Positions 53,950 to 63,244 of a DNA stretch of 64,000 bases are shown piece by piece (the first letter of the stretch is position 1; each line of letters opens with the position of its first letter). The DNA comes from an uncultured bacterium. GTDB lineage: Bacteria; CAZDME01; JAYEMH01. The translations under genes were made by a program, and so were the position numbers. The stretch covers positions 1,510 through 65,509 of the forward strand of contig CAZDKO010000003.1 in NCBI GenBank assembly GCA_964506075.1, written 5' to 3'. The notes below the pieces were generated by a model. It searched no databases, was not told the origin of the DNA, and saw only the letters and a list, made by a program, of their open reading frames with translations.

Positions 53950-55026
53950 TTATTGGGGAGTGCGTTTTAAAAGTAAAAGACCGATCCCGCCAAAAATGAT
54001 ATTGGCCGACCAGGCGGAGAGAAAAGGCGGAAATCCTCTTTGTTTCCCTAAAGCCAGCGCCAGGGATATACAGGCGTAATAGAAAAGGCATAAGGTCAGA
54101 GAAATTCCGACACTATAAAGAAGTCCGCCACGGTTAATTTGTAGAGAAAAAGGGATCCCCAGTAAAATTATAAAGAAGCTGATCAAAGGAAAAGCCAGAC
54201 GGTACTGTATTTCAACCAGTTCCTGATGAGGATGAAAACCGTTCTCTTTTAAATATTTAGTGTATTTTGCCAGGGTGAAAAAACTCATTGTTTCTAATTT
54301 TTTCTGTTGTCTGAGAAAATCAGCCGGCGTTTCCCGATAATATATCTTTTTTTCTTTAAATACTTCTTCCTTATCTAATCGTTCCTGCTCATTAAAATAT
54401 CGGATGATTCCATTTTGGAAAGTCCAGATATTATCTTTCCAGAAGCCTTTCTCAGCGTCTATTCTAAATTTAATAGTTCGGTTAGGATAGTATTCTAATA
54501 CGAGTATTCCTTCTATGGTTTTTTCCGGGTAATTAAAGGTTTTAAGATAATAAAATTTACGTTCAGAACCATAAAATGTTACGTTATGGAAAATTTTAGA
54601 GAGTTTCGGTTGGGTCCAGTTGTCTTCTTTAAGGGTGTCTAACTTAGAAAAACTGTTGGGAACAATAGTTTCATTAATGAGAAAGACGCAGAATGAAAAA
54701 ACTAGGGCTAATTTCATGATTGGAAGGATAAGATTATATAGACTGACCCCGCATGCTTTTAGAGCGGTGATTTCATTAGTGCGACTCATATATCCCAGAA
54801 CAAATAAGGTGCTCAGTAAAAGCGCTACAGGGATAATCCGGACCAGAATGGGAGGGATAAATAAAAAATAATAAGACAATATGATTTTAAAATTAGCTTT
54901 GGCCGTAATGAAATCATCCAGATGCTCAAACAGATCAATTATTTCGTATAGGAATATAAAAACTAATATAAAAAAAACACTCCAGGTTATGAATCGTCTG
55001 GTTATATAGCGATGTATAATTGTCAT
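53950..55026 (-). CDS. lptG: LPS export ABC permease LptG (YjgP/YjgQ family)
   Basis: It begins IHRYITRRFI and has 6 TM segments with a central periplasmic beta-jellyroll region. It is the second of two tandem YjgP/YjgQ genes on the minus strand. Confidence 0.8.
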   Translation of the reverse strand: MTIIHRYITRRFITWSVFFILVFIFLYEIIDLFEHLDDFITAKANFKIILSYYFLFIPPILVRIIPVALLLSTLFVLGYMSRTNEITALKACGVSLYNLILPIMKLALVFSFCVFLINETIVPNSFSKLDTLKEDNWTQPKLSKIFHNVTFYGSERKFYYLKTFNYPEKTIEGILVLEYYPNRTIKFRIDAEKGFWKDNIWTFQNGIIRYFNEQERLDKEEVFKEKKIYYRETPADFLRQQKKLETMSFFTLAKYTKYLKENGFHPHQELVEIQYRLAFPLISFFIILLGIPFSLQINRGGLLYSVGISLTLCLFYYACISLALALGKQRGFPPFLSAWSANIIFGGIGLLLLKRTPQ

Positions 55027-56117
55027 TATTTTACCTCCAGACGATAAAGAAGAATGATGCCTGCACTTCCCAGAAGAATATTAGGTAGCCACATAGCTAA
55101 ATACGGCGGAAATATTCCTTTTTCTCCCAGGGCTTTGCCTCCGACGAGACAGAGATAGTAGATAACAATTAAAAGAAGACTCAGGCCGAAATTAGTGGAT
55201 TTGGCCGCTTTTCTGGTCTGGATTCCCAGGGGAATAGAGATAAGGAAAAATACCAGGCAGGAAAAAGAAAGGGAAATTTTTTTATGGATTTCAGTAAACA
55301 GCGGATACCGTTCCAGAATATACCTGCTTCGCCGCAATGAGGCTATCAATTCTCCTATACTCATTTCTTTTAGTTTCTTCTGGGAGTTAAAATTGATTGT
55401 TAACGGCATGGTTAAAGTGTGCCGGGTAAAATTTATTTTACGGTATTTCTGGCGGTCTTTGGTGTCTAATTCATGAATAGAACCTTTCCGGAGTTCTATT
55501 AAAACAGCGTTTTTATCTTTTGGAGTGCTAATCATTCCTTCTTTAGCTGAAAAAATAACCTGGGAATCTGGTTTATCAGGGGGACTGAAAATTATAGTTA
55601 GGTCTTTCAAGTGTTGCTTTTCTACCCGGCCGATATATATTTTATAGTTTTTAAAATTATCTATGACCACGGATTCGTCAAATTGCGGGAGAAGAGGGAG
55701 ATGTATACCGATTTCTCTGATAATGTTTTTAGCCTGAGAGTAGGAGTAGGGTAACAAGCAATTATTTATGGCTAAAGCAGAGAAACTTAAGATTATGCCG
55801 GTGAATATAAAAGGGATAATAATGGAGAAAAGTTTGATTCCGGAGGCCCGGATAGCTAAAATTTCATTGTCCGCTGAAAGACGGCCAAAAGCGATTAAGG
55901 TGGAAGAAATTACAGACATAGGAATGGTATAACTTAGGAGATAAGGCATCTGGAAAAAAAATAGTTTGGTAATAACCAGGAAGTCAGCGCCTTTACTCAC
56001 TATTAATTCCGCTAATTTCAGAAGATTCCCAATGAAAAGCACAAAGGTGAAAACCAGAATAGAAAGTCCAAAGGTTCCAGCCCATTCTTTGAGTACATAA
56101 CGTCTTAAAATAGACAA
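55026..56117 (-). CDS. lptF: LPS export ABC permease LptF (YjgP/YjgQ family)
   Basis: It begins ILRRYVLKEW and has the same architecture as lptG. Its stop overlaps the lptG start by 1 nt. Confidence 0.8.
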   Translation of the reverse strand: MSILRRYVLKEWAGTFGLSILVFTFVLFIGNLLKLAELIVSKGADFLVITKLFFFQMPYLLSYTIPMSVISSTLIAFGRLSADNEILAIRASGIKLFSIIIPFIFTGIILSFSALAINNCLLPYSYSQAKNIIREIGIHLPLLPQFDESVVIDNFKNYKIYIGRVEKQHLKDLTIIFSPPDKPDSQVIFSAKEGMISTPKDKNAVLIELRKGSIHELDTKDRQKYRKINFTRHTLTMPLTINFNSQKKLKEMSIGELIASLRRSRYILERYPLFTEIHKKISLSFSCLVFFLISIPLGIQTRKAAKSTNFGLSLLLIVIYYLCLVGGKALGEKGIFPPYLAMWLPNILLGSAGIILLYRLEVK

Positions 56118-56259
56118 AATAAATCACCTCTCCTCCCAAAGTATAACTTAAAAGGCCCTATTAGGCAATAAATTTTTAATCACCGGAAATTTTCTTTCCA
56201 TAGATATTGCATTTGGAATAAAATATATAAATAAAGATAAAAGGGAGAGGAGAAATTCC

Positions 56260-56288
56260 TTTACACCATCTATTCAGTATGATATAAT
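56260..56288 (+). promoter_or_regulatory. Near-consensus promoter for the EF-G paralog gene
   Basis: TTTACA (56260-65), a 17-bp spacer, and TATAAT (56283-88) preceded by TGA (extended -10). It lies 75 nt upstream of the ATG at 56364. Confidence 0.55.
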
Positions 56289-56363
56289 TCAGCTCTACTG
56301 GATATATAACACCTAAAATATCCTTATGAATTTATCCCACCACATAAACAGTGAGGTGTAAGC

Positions 56364-58412
56364 ATGGTTGGAGCCGATAGAATCAAAAATATTGGGGTTA
56401 TCGCTCATGGAGGTGCAGGGAAGAGTTCCCTGATTGAAAGTTTACTTTATAATGCCAAAGTTATCGGGCGTTTAAGCAAGTTAGACGGAACCAAGGCTAT
56501 AGCTGATAGCGAGCCAGAGGAGACAGAGAGAAAAACGACTATATTTTCTAAAATATTTCCTCTGGAATGGCAGGGATATAAAATAAATTTTATTGATACC
56601 CCGGGATTTCCAGATTTTGTAGCCGAAGTGAGAAGAATTTTGCCTGTTGTTGAAAGTCTGCTTATCGTGCTTGATAGTGTGTCCGGTGTCCAGGTCTATA
56701 CCAGAAAGCTTTGGCAGTTTGCGGAACAGATGAACCTGCCGGTAATATTTTTTGTAAATAAACTGGACAAGGAAAATGCTGCTTTTGATGAAGTGTGCAA
56801 GATGTGTAAAGAACAGCTCAGTTCACATGTAGCGCCGATGATTATGCCTTTAGGCTCCGGAGAAAATTTCAGCGGGGTGGTGAATTTATTAACTAAAAAA
56901 ATTTACGGTAGCAGCAATTTATCCCCTGAAAACAAGGAGCAGGTTCAATCTTTAAGTCAGAAATTAACTGAATCCATAGTTGAAACCGATGATGCCCTGA
57001 TGGAACAATATCTGGAAGGTCAGACGTTAGATGAGAATAAGATTAAACAGGCGCTTTTAAAAGGCGTTAAGAACAGGGTGTTTTTTCCTGTTCTTTGCGG
57101 TTCGGCTATAAAGGATATCGGGATAGATTGTCTGCTGGAAGCAATAACTAATTTTTCTCCGTCCGTTACCGATAGAGATGTTACCGTAATTTCTGAAAGC
57201 GGTGAAAAGAAGCAGGAGAAAGTAATTCCGCAGTCTCCTTTTTCTGCTCTGGTATTTAAATCATTCGTGGAATCCCATGTGGGAGAGATGGCTTACGCCA
57301 AGATTATTTCCGGGGAGTTAAAATCGGGGATGGATGTGTTAAATATCAATAAAAACCACAAAGAAAAAATCGGACAGGTTTGTTTTATGCTGGGTAAACA
57401 GAGAAATGATACCGTCCAGGCCGTTGCCGGAGATATAGTCGCTTTAACAAAATTAAAAAACACCAGAACCGGGGATACTCTTTGCGACCCTAAAAAAATA
57501 GTGCAGTTTGCTTTTATAGAATTTCCTCAGCCGATTGCTTCTGTTGCCGTTACCCCGAAGGAGAAAAAAGACCAGGAGAAAATGGGTATGGCTTTTTCTA
57601 CGATAATGAGCGAGGACCCCACTTTTAAATATCACATTGACCAGGAATTCGGACAGACCATCATTGAAGGATTAGGTGAATTACATTTAGAAATGGTGGT
57701 TAAAGAAATAAAAAGGAAGTATGGAGTGGATGTGAACTTGGAGAAACCCAAGATTGCTTATAGAGAGACAATAAAAGGCAAAGCTAAGGTTCAGGGAAAA
57801 TTCAAGCGGCAAAGCGGTGGCCGGGGACAGTATGGTGACGTCTGGTTAGAAGTAGAATCTCTGCCTCAAGGAGGAGGGTTTGAATTTGTAAATAAAATCT
57901 TTGGCGGAGCTGTCCCGGGAAAATATATCCCGGCAGTTGAAAAGGGTGTTCTCGGAGCTATGAAAGAAGGGGTATTAACTGGATATCCTATCGTTGATGT
58001 CAGGGTGACCATTTGTGATGGTTCATATCATCCGGTAGACTCTTCAGATATGGCTTTTCAAATTGCTGGTTCTATGGCTTTAAAAAAAGGGGTCACGGAA
58101 GCTGGTTTAGTGCTTTTAGAACCAATAATGGAAGTAAGGGTCAATGCCGAAGATAAATACCTCGGAGATATCACCGGAGATTTAAGTAGCCGCCGGGGTA
58201 AAATAATGGGGGTGGAGATGGAAGGAGGGAAACAGACAATAAAAGCTCATGTGCCTCTGGCAGAGATGTATAAATACACGGCAGATTTAAAATCTCTTAC
58301 TCAAGGGACAGGGACTTATTCTATGGATTTTTCTCATTATGAAGAGGTTCCGCCCAAAGTCTCACAGGAAAAAATTGAAGAATATCAAAAAAGAAAAGAA
58401 AAGAAGGAGTAG
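56364..58412 (+). CDS. Elongation factor G paralog (EF-G2-like translational GTPase)
   Basis: G1 VIAHGGAGKSS, G3 DTPGFPDF, G4 NKLD, and domains II-V (TLCDP, GLGELHLE, EPIMEV...). It is 682 aa. It is not in an rpsL-rpsG-fusA-tuf context. Confidence 0.82.
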   Translation: MVGADRIKNIGVIAHGGAGKSSLIESLLYNAKVIGRLSKLDGTKAIADSEPEETERKTTIFSKIFPLEWQGYKINFIDTPGFPDFVAEVRRILPVVESLLIVLDSVSGVQVYTRKLWQFAEQMNLPVIFFVNKLDKENAAFDEVCKMCKEQLSSHVAPMIMPLGSGENFSGVVNLLTKKIYGSSNLSPENKEQVQSLSQKLTESIVETDDALMEQYLEGQTLDENKIKQALLKGVKNRVFFPVLCGSAIKDIGIDCLLEAITNFSPSVTDRDVTVISESGEKKQEKVIPQSPFSALVFKSFVESHVGEMAYAKIISGELKSGMDVLNINKNHKEKIGQVCFMLGKQRNDTVQAVAGDIVALTKLKNTRTGDTLCDPKKIVQFAFIEFPQPIASVAVTPKEKKDQEKMGMAFSTIMSEDPTFKYHIDQEFGQTIIEGLGELHLEMVVKEIKRKYGVDVNLEKPKIAYRETIKGKAKVQGKFKRQSGGRGQYGDVWLEVESLPQGGGFEFVNKIFGGAVPGKYIPAVEKGVLGAMKEGVLTGYPIVDVRVTICDGSYHPVDSSDMAFQIAGSMALKKGVTEAGLVLLEPIMEVRVNAEDKYLGDITGDLSSRRGKIMGVEMEGGKQTIKAHVPLAEMYKYTADLKSLTQGTGTYSMDFSHYEEVPPKVSQEKIEEYQKRKEKKE

Positions 58413-58417
58413 TAAAA

Positions 58418-59170
58418 ATGTCCGGACATTCAAAATGGGCGAGTATCAAACATAAAAAAGCAATTACTGATTCCCGGCGGGGAAAACTTTTTTCGAAATT
58501 AATCAAAGAAATAACCGTATCGGCCCGTCAAGGAGATGGTGTACCAGAGACCAATCCGAGACTCCGGGTAGCGATTGAACGAGCCAAAGCCGCCAATATG
58601 CCCAACGATAATATTGACAGGGCGATTAAACGCGGCACCGGAGAATTACCGGGTGTTTCTTATGAGGAGTTGATTTACGAAGGGTATGGACCGGGAAAAG
58701 TAGCGATGATAATAGAAATTCTTACCGATAATAAAAATCGGACGGCTACAGAAATCAGACATATTTTTAGTAAAGCCGGAGGGAATTTAGGGGCTTCCGG
58801 TTGCGTGGCCTGGATGTTTCAGAAAAGAGGAATTATTGCGGTTCCAAAAAAATCTATTTTAGAAGAAGAATTGATAGAAATAGCTCTTGATGCCGGGGCA
58901 GAGGATGTCAGAACAACTGAAGATAGTTATGAAGTGCTTACGTTACCGCAAAATTTTGAGAAGGTTAAGGCAAAATTTGACGAAAAAAATATAAAATATA
59001 CCCTGGCGGATATAGTCATGGATCCTCATACGACGGTTAAACTGGAAGAAAAAGAAGCTGAACAAATTTTAAAATTGGTGGATGCCCTGGAAGAACATGA
59101 TGATGTTCAAAACGTTTATGCTAATTTTGATATTTCCAATGAAATTTTAGAGAAATTAGGGAAGCAATAA
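58418..59170 (+). CDS. yebC: YebC/PmpR-family DNA-binding transcriptional regulator
   Basis: MSGHSKWASIKHKKA and NPRLRVAIERAKAANMPNDNIDRAIKRG. Confidence 0.93.
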   Translation: MSGHSKWASIKHKKAITDSRRGKLFSKLIKEITVSARQGDGVPETNPRLRVAIERAKAANMPNDNIDRAIKRGTGELPGVSYEELIYEGYGPGKVAMIIEILTDNKNRTATEIRHIFSKAGGNLGASGCVAWMFQKRGIIAVPKKSILEEELIEIALDAGAEDVRTTEDSYEVLTLPQNFEKVKAKFDEKNIKYTLADIVMDPHTTVKLEEKEAEQILKLVDALEEHDDVQNVYANFDISNEILEKLGKQ

Positions 59171-59182
59171 AGGTTTTAAAAA

Positions 59183-59674
59183 ATGCGCATTTTAGGATTA
59201 GACCCGGGTTTAGCCAGAACCGGATATGGCCTCATTGAAATTGATAGAAACAAGCCCAGATTAATAAATTACGGATGTATAGTGACCAAATCCAACGAAT
59301 CACACCCCGATCGTTTGAAAATTATTTATCAAGAATTAGGAAAAATAATAGACAGATTTAAACCCGAAGTAGTGGCTTTAGAAAAGCTTTTCTTTGCTAA
59401 GAACGTAAAGACGGCTTTAAAAGTCGGTGAGGCCAGGGGTGTAGCTATCCTAGCGGTAGTGAGCAAAGGATTAAAAATTAAAGAATTTACTCCTTTAGAA
59501 GTGAAACTTTCTACCGTAGGAAGAGGACGGGCCTCCAAGCCTCAGGTTCAATATATGGTAAAAAACATTATTTGTGATTTAAAAGAGATTCCTCAACCAG
59601 ACGATGCCGCAGATGCCCTGGCTATAGCGGTGTGTTATTTTCATTCGCTTTCTCAACCTAATTTTAAAAGATGA
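59183..59674 (+). CDS. ruvC: Holliday junction resolvase RuvC
   Basis: MRILGLDPGLARTGYG and PQPDDAADALAIAVC. Confidence 0.93.
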   Translation: MRILGLDPGLARTGYGLIEIDRNKPRLINYGCIVTKSNESHPDRLKIIYQELGKIIDRFKPEVVALEKLFFAKNVKTALKVGEARGVAILAVVSKGLKIKEFTPLEVKLSTVGRGRASKPQVQYMVKNIICDLKEIPQPDDAADALAIAVCYFHSLSQPNFKR

Positions 59675-60267
59675 TAGAGTATCTTGAAGGTTCTCTTAAA
59701 GAGAAACGGCCTACTTCTTGTCTCGTAGAAGTTAACGGTATCGGATATAAAATTAATATTCCTCTCTCCACTTTTGCAAAATTAGGAAACCCTGACTGCC
59801 AGATAAAGCTTTTGACTTCTCTTTATATTAGAGAAGATAGCTGGGAACTGTATGGCTTTTATACGGCCAAAGAAAAAGAATTTTTTAATCTTCTTAATTC
59901 TATCTCGGGAATTGGACCGCGGCTGGCTTTGACGTTATTATCCAGTTTATCGGTAGAAGCGGTGATTCAAATAGTTAATGAGGAAAATATCTCTGAACTG
60001 ATACGGATACCGGGAATAGGCAAAAAGATTGCCGAGAGACTCATTTTTGAACTTCGTAACCGTTCTAAAGATCTTTGTTCTATTAGTGGAGAAAGCGATA
60101 TTGAAAAAATTGATGGCCCCGGTTCTCTATTAGAAAAAGATGCCATCCAGGCTTTAATTTCTTTAGGTTATAAAAGAATGCCTGCAGAAAAGGCGATTAA
60201 AGATCTAAGGAAAAAATCCATTGATAATTTAGAATCGTTAATTCGAGAAGCTTTAAAGAAAATTTAG
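59671..60267 (+). CDS. ruvA: Holliday junction branch migration protein RuvA
   Basis: MIEYLEGSL..VEVNGIGYKI and HhH motifs (ISGIGPRLAL, IPGIGKKIAERL). It has a 4-nt overlap with ruvC. Confidence 0.92.
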   Translation: MIEYLEGSLKEKRPTSCLVEVNGIGYKINIPLSTFAKLGNPDCQIKLLTSLYIREDSWELYGFYTAKEKEFFNLLNSISGIGPRLALTLLSSLSVEAVIQIVNEENISELIRIPGIGKKIAERLIFELRNRSKDLCSISGESDIEKIDGPGSLLEKDAIQALISLGYKRMPAEKAIKDLRKKSIDNLESLIREALKKI

Positions 60268-60279
60268 AGGTTTAAGGCG

Positions 60280-61299
60280 ATGGAAGACAGGGTAACCGCA
60301 CCTGATTTATATGATGAGGACCGTGAATTCGATGCGACTCTTCGGCCGCAAAATTTGGATGAATTTGTCGGTCAGGATAAAATTAAAGACAATCTTTCTG
60401 TTTTTATTACCGCCGCGACTAAACGCGAAGAAGCTCTGGACCATGTTCTTCTTTACGGACCGCCGGGATTAGGGAAAACCACCTTGGCTTATATTATTGC
60501 TAATGAGATGGGGGTGGGAATTAAAGCTACTTCTGGACCGGCAGTGGAGAAAGCCGGTGACTTAGCTGGGCTTCTTACCAATTTAGATAAGAAAGATGTG
60601 CTTTTTATAGATGAAATTCACCGTTTGAGTCGGCCGGTGGAGGAATATCTTTATTCAGCTATGGAAAATTTTACCCTGGATATTATGATTGATAAAGGGC
60701 CTCAGGCGCGCTCGGTAAAATTGAATCTTTCCCCTTTTACTTTAATCGGAGCGACCACCCGAGCTGGTTCAATTACTTCACCTCTTCGTTCCCGGTTCGG
60801 AGTAGTAAGCCGCCTGGGATTTTACAGTCAGGATGAGATTAGCGAAATTATCATCCGTTCAGCAAAAATTCTAAAAATACCCGTTGATAAAAAAGGAGTT
60901 TGGAAGATTGCCCAGTGTTCTAGGGGAACCCCCCGTATAGCCAATAGACTGCTCAGGAGAATCCGGGATTATGCTCAGGTTAAGGGAGAAGGAGTGATAG
61001 ATCAAGATATTGCCACTTTGGGACTTAAAATGCTGGAAGTGGACGAACGGGGGTTGGATGAAATGGATAAGCGGATTCTAAAGGTAATTATAGAGAAATT
61101 TAAAGGCGGCCCGGTTGGTTTGAATAATATCGCTATAGCCGTAGGAGAAGAAAGTTCTACCATTGAAGAAGTATATGAGCCATATCTTATCCAGGAAGGA
61201 TTTATTAAACGGACCCCTAATGGTCGTCGGGCAACAGCCCTCGCTTATGCCCATCTTAAATATACAAATGATTCAGGATCCCAACCGAAACTTTGGTAA
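60280..61299 (+). CDS. ruvB: Holliday junction helicase RuvB
   Basis: [12 protein letters not shown], Walker [12 protein letters not shown], Walker B FIDEIHRL and [13 protein letters not shown]. Confidence 0.96.
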   Translation: MEDRVTAPDLYDEDREFDATLRPQNLDEFVGQDKIKDNLSVFITAATKREEALDHVLLYGPPGLGKTTLAYIIANEMGVGIKATSGPAVEKAGDLAGLLTNLDKKDVLFIDEIHRLSRPVEEYLYSAMENFTLDIMIDKGPQARSVKLNLSPFTLIGATTRAGSITSPLRSRFGVVSRLGFYSQDEISEIIIRSAKILKIPVDKKGVWKIAQCSRGTPRIANRLLRRIRDYAQVKGEGVIDQDIATLGLKMLEVDERGLDEMDKRILKVIIEKFKGGPVGLNNIAIAVGEESSTIEEVYEPYLIQEGFIKRTPNGRRATALAYAHLKYTNDSGSQPKLW

Positions 61300-61886
61300 T
61301 GATTACGCCTAAAATATTGCTTCATATCTGCTGTGCGCCCTGCTGTATTCCTGTATTTAAACTTTTAGAAAAAAAAGGATTTGCTATTACCGGCTTCTGG
61401 TATAACCCGAACATCTGGCCTAAGGAAGAATACGAGAAGAGGCGGGGAGCACTGGCCCAGTATGGAACAGAAAGGAATTTTGACGTCATCTTTGATGAAA
61501 GTTTGGCAGTCTCTCCGGAGATTTCTATTTTTAATAAAGAGCGTTGTCTATTATGTTATGAAGATCGACTGGTTAAGACGGCTAAAATAGCCCAGGATTT
61601 GGATTTTGATTATTTTACCACCACCCTTTTAGTCAGCCCTTATCAGAAACATGCCTTAATCAGAAATTTGGGGGAAGATATCGGCCAGGATTTTAGAGTA
61701 AATTTTTTTTACGAGGATTTTCGTCCTCTTTTTTATAGATATCGGAAGGAAATTAAGGAATCAAATTTATACCATCAGCGTTACTGCGGTTGCAAACCCA
61801 GCATAAAAGAGGCAGAGGAGACCCGCAAAGCACAGCAGGCAATGAGGAAAAATAAAACGGGGGGCCATAAAAATATTAACAAGTGA
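61299..61886 (+). CDS. queH: Epoxyqueuosine reductase QueH (DUF208)
   Basis: KILLHICCAPC and a YCGC motif near the C-terminus. The ATG at 61299 overlaps the ruvB stop (TAATG). Confidence 0.85.
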   Translation: MITPKILLHICCAPCCIPVFKLLEKKGFAITGFWYNPNIWPKEEYEKRRGALAQYGTERNFDVIFDESLAVSPEISIFNKERCLLCYEDRLVKTAKIAQDLDFDYFTTTLLVSPYQKHALIRNLGEDIGQDFRVNFFYEDFRPLFYRYRKEIKESNLYHQRYCGCKPSIKEAEETRKAQQAMRKNKTGGHKNINK

Positions 61887-62119
61887 AATTTTTAATTATG
61901 TTTATTCAGGCTGGTAAAATTTTAATTTTCGTCGGTATCTGGTTAATTATTCTGGGATTAATCTTCATCGTTGCCCATAAGATTCCTTGTTTAGGCAAAT
62001 TGCCGGGTGATTTTCTGATAAAAAACAAAAATTTTATTTTTTATTTTCCTCTTTCAACCAGTATTTTAGTTAGTGTTATTATTTCGTTAATACTTTGGCT
62101 TATTTTTTATAGAAAATGA
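61883..62119 (+). CDS. DUF2905-family small membrane protein
   Basis: 78 aa with two or three TM segments and the LGKLPGDFLIK motif typical of DUF2905. It has 4-nt overlaps on both sides. Confidence 0.7.
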   Translation: MKFLIMFIQAGKILIFVGIWLIILGLIFIVAHKIPCLGKLPGDFLIKNKNFIFYFPLSTSILVSVIISLILWLIFYRK

Positions 62120-63243
62120 AAAAATTTATAATTGTGACTTTGACCATTTTCTTAAATGTTTTACCTGCTTACGCCGGTGAGGAATATTATCTTCGCGTTA
62201 AGGTTTTAGAGGGGATTAAACAAATCTCTGTTTCTTGTTCCGGCCCCGTAATAATCCGTAATGACAAAACACAAAAAGAATTAATGAGTAAACCCTTTCT
62301 CCGGGATTTCCAGATAAAAACAACGACACAAGGTCTAAATCTGGATGGAGTAAAGGTGACTTTACCGGGAATTAACATAGAACCGCAGGCTTCTGGAATC
62401 ATAATTGTCGGTAAAAGACAATATCGGGGGAGGATTAAATGTCTGCGTCGAAATAATAATTTATTGATAGTTAATGAGCTTCCTTTAGAAGATTATCTTT
62501 ACGGAGTTTTAAAACATGAGGTTTCACCACAGTGGCCCCGGGAAGCACTTAAGGCCCAGGCCATTATTGCCCGGACTTTCGCTTTATACAATATGATAGA
62601 AAAATTTAATAATGATTACCATTTGACCAACAATGTTTTATCACAGGTCTACGCTGGATTCTTAAGTGAAGACCCGATTTTGACAGAGGTAATAGATGAA
62701 ACCAGGGGAATGATTTTAACTTATGACGGGGAGGTAATCTCTGCTTACTATCATGCCACTTGCGGCGGCTCTACGGAAAATCCCCGTAACGTCTGGAGTG
62801 ATAAAAATATCCCGTATCTTAGAATTCGTGAATGTTCTTACTGTCAGGATTCCCCCCATCTTTACTGGAATAGATTACTCAGTTTACGGGAAATAACCCA
62901 GAATTTTCGCCGCCACGGATATAATTTCAGCCAGATTATTAATATTAAACCAATTGAAAGAAGCCCTTCAGGACGAATAAGAAAAGTAATGGTTATTCAT
63001 AGCCGGGGAAAAACCATTATTAAGAGTAATGATTTAAGGCTGATTTTAGGTCCGGATGTTATCAGAAGCACTAATTTCAAAATAAAAAAGATAGGCGGGA
63101 ACTTAGAATTTAGGGGTAAAGGTTGGGGACACGGAGTCGGATTTTGTCAATGGGGAGCCAGAGGTATGGCTCTTCGGGGCTTTAGTTTTGATGAAATTCT
63201 TGATTTTTATTATTATGGAATACAAATAGAGAAAAGGTATTGA
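62116..63243 (+). CDS. SpoIID/LytB-domain protein (lytic transglycosylase-like amidase enhancer)
   Basis: Signal peptide, LEDYLYGVLKHEV, QAIIARTFAL and YHATCGGSTE. Confidence 0.85.
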   Translation: MKKFIIVTLTIFLNVLPAYAGEEYYLRVKVLEGIKQISVSCSGPVIIRNDKTQKELMSKPFLRDFQIKTTTQGLNLDGVKVTLPGINIEPQASGIIIVGKRQYRGRIKCLRRNNNLLIVNELPLEDYLYGVLKHEVSPQWPREALKAQAIIARTFALYNMIEKFNNDYHLTNNVLSQVYAGFLSEDPILTEVIDETRGMILTYDGEVISAYYHATCGGSTENPRNVWSDKNIPYLRIRECSYCQDSPHLYWNRLLSLREITQNFRRHGYNFSQIINIKPIERSPSGRIRKVMVIHSRGKTIIKSNDLRLILGPDVIRSTNFKIKKIGGNLEFRGKGWGHGVGFCQWGARGMALRGFSFDEILDFYYYGIQIEKRY

Positions 63244-63244
63244 A

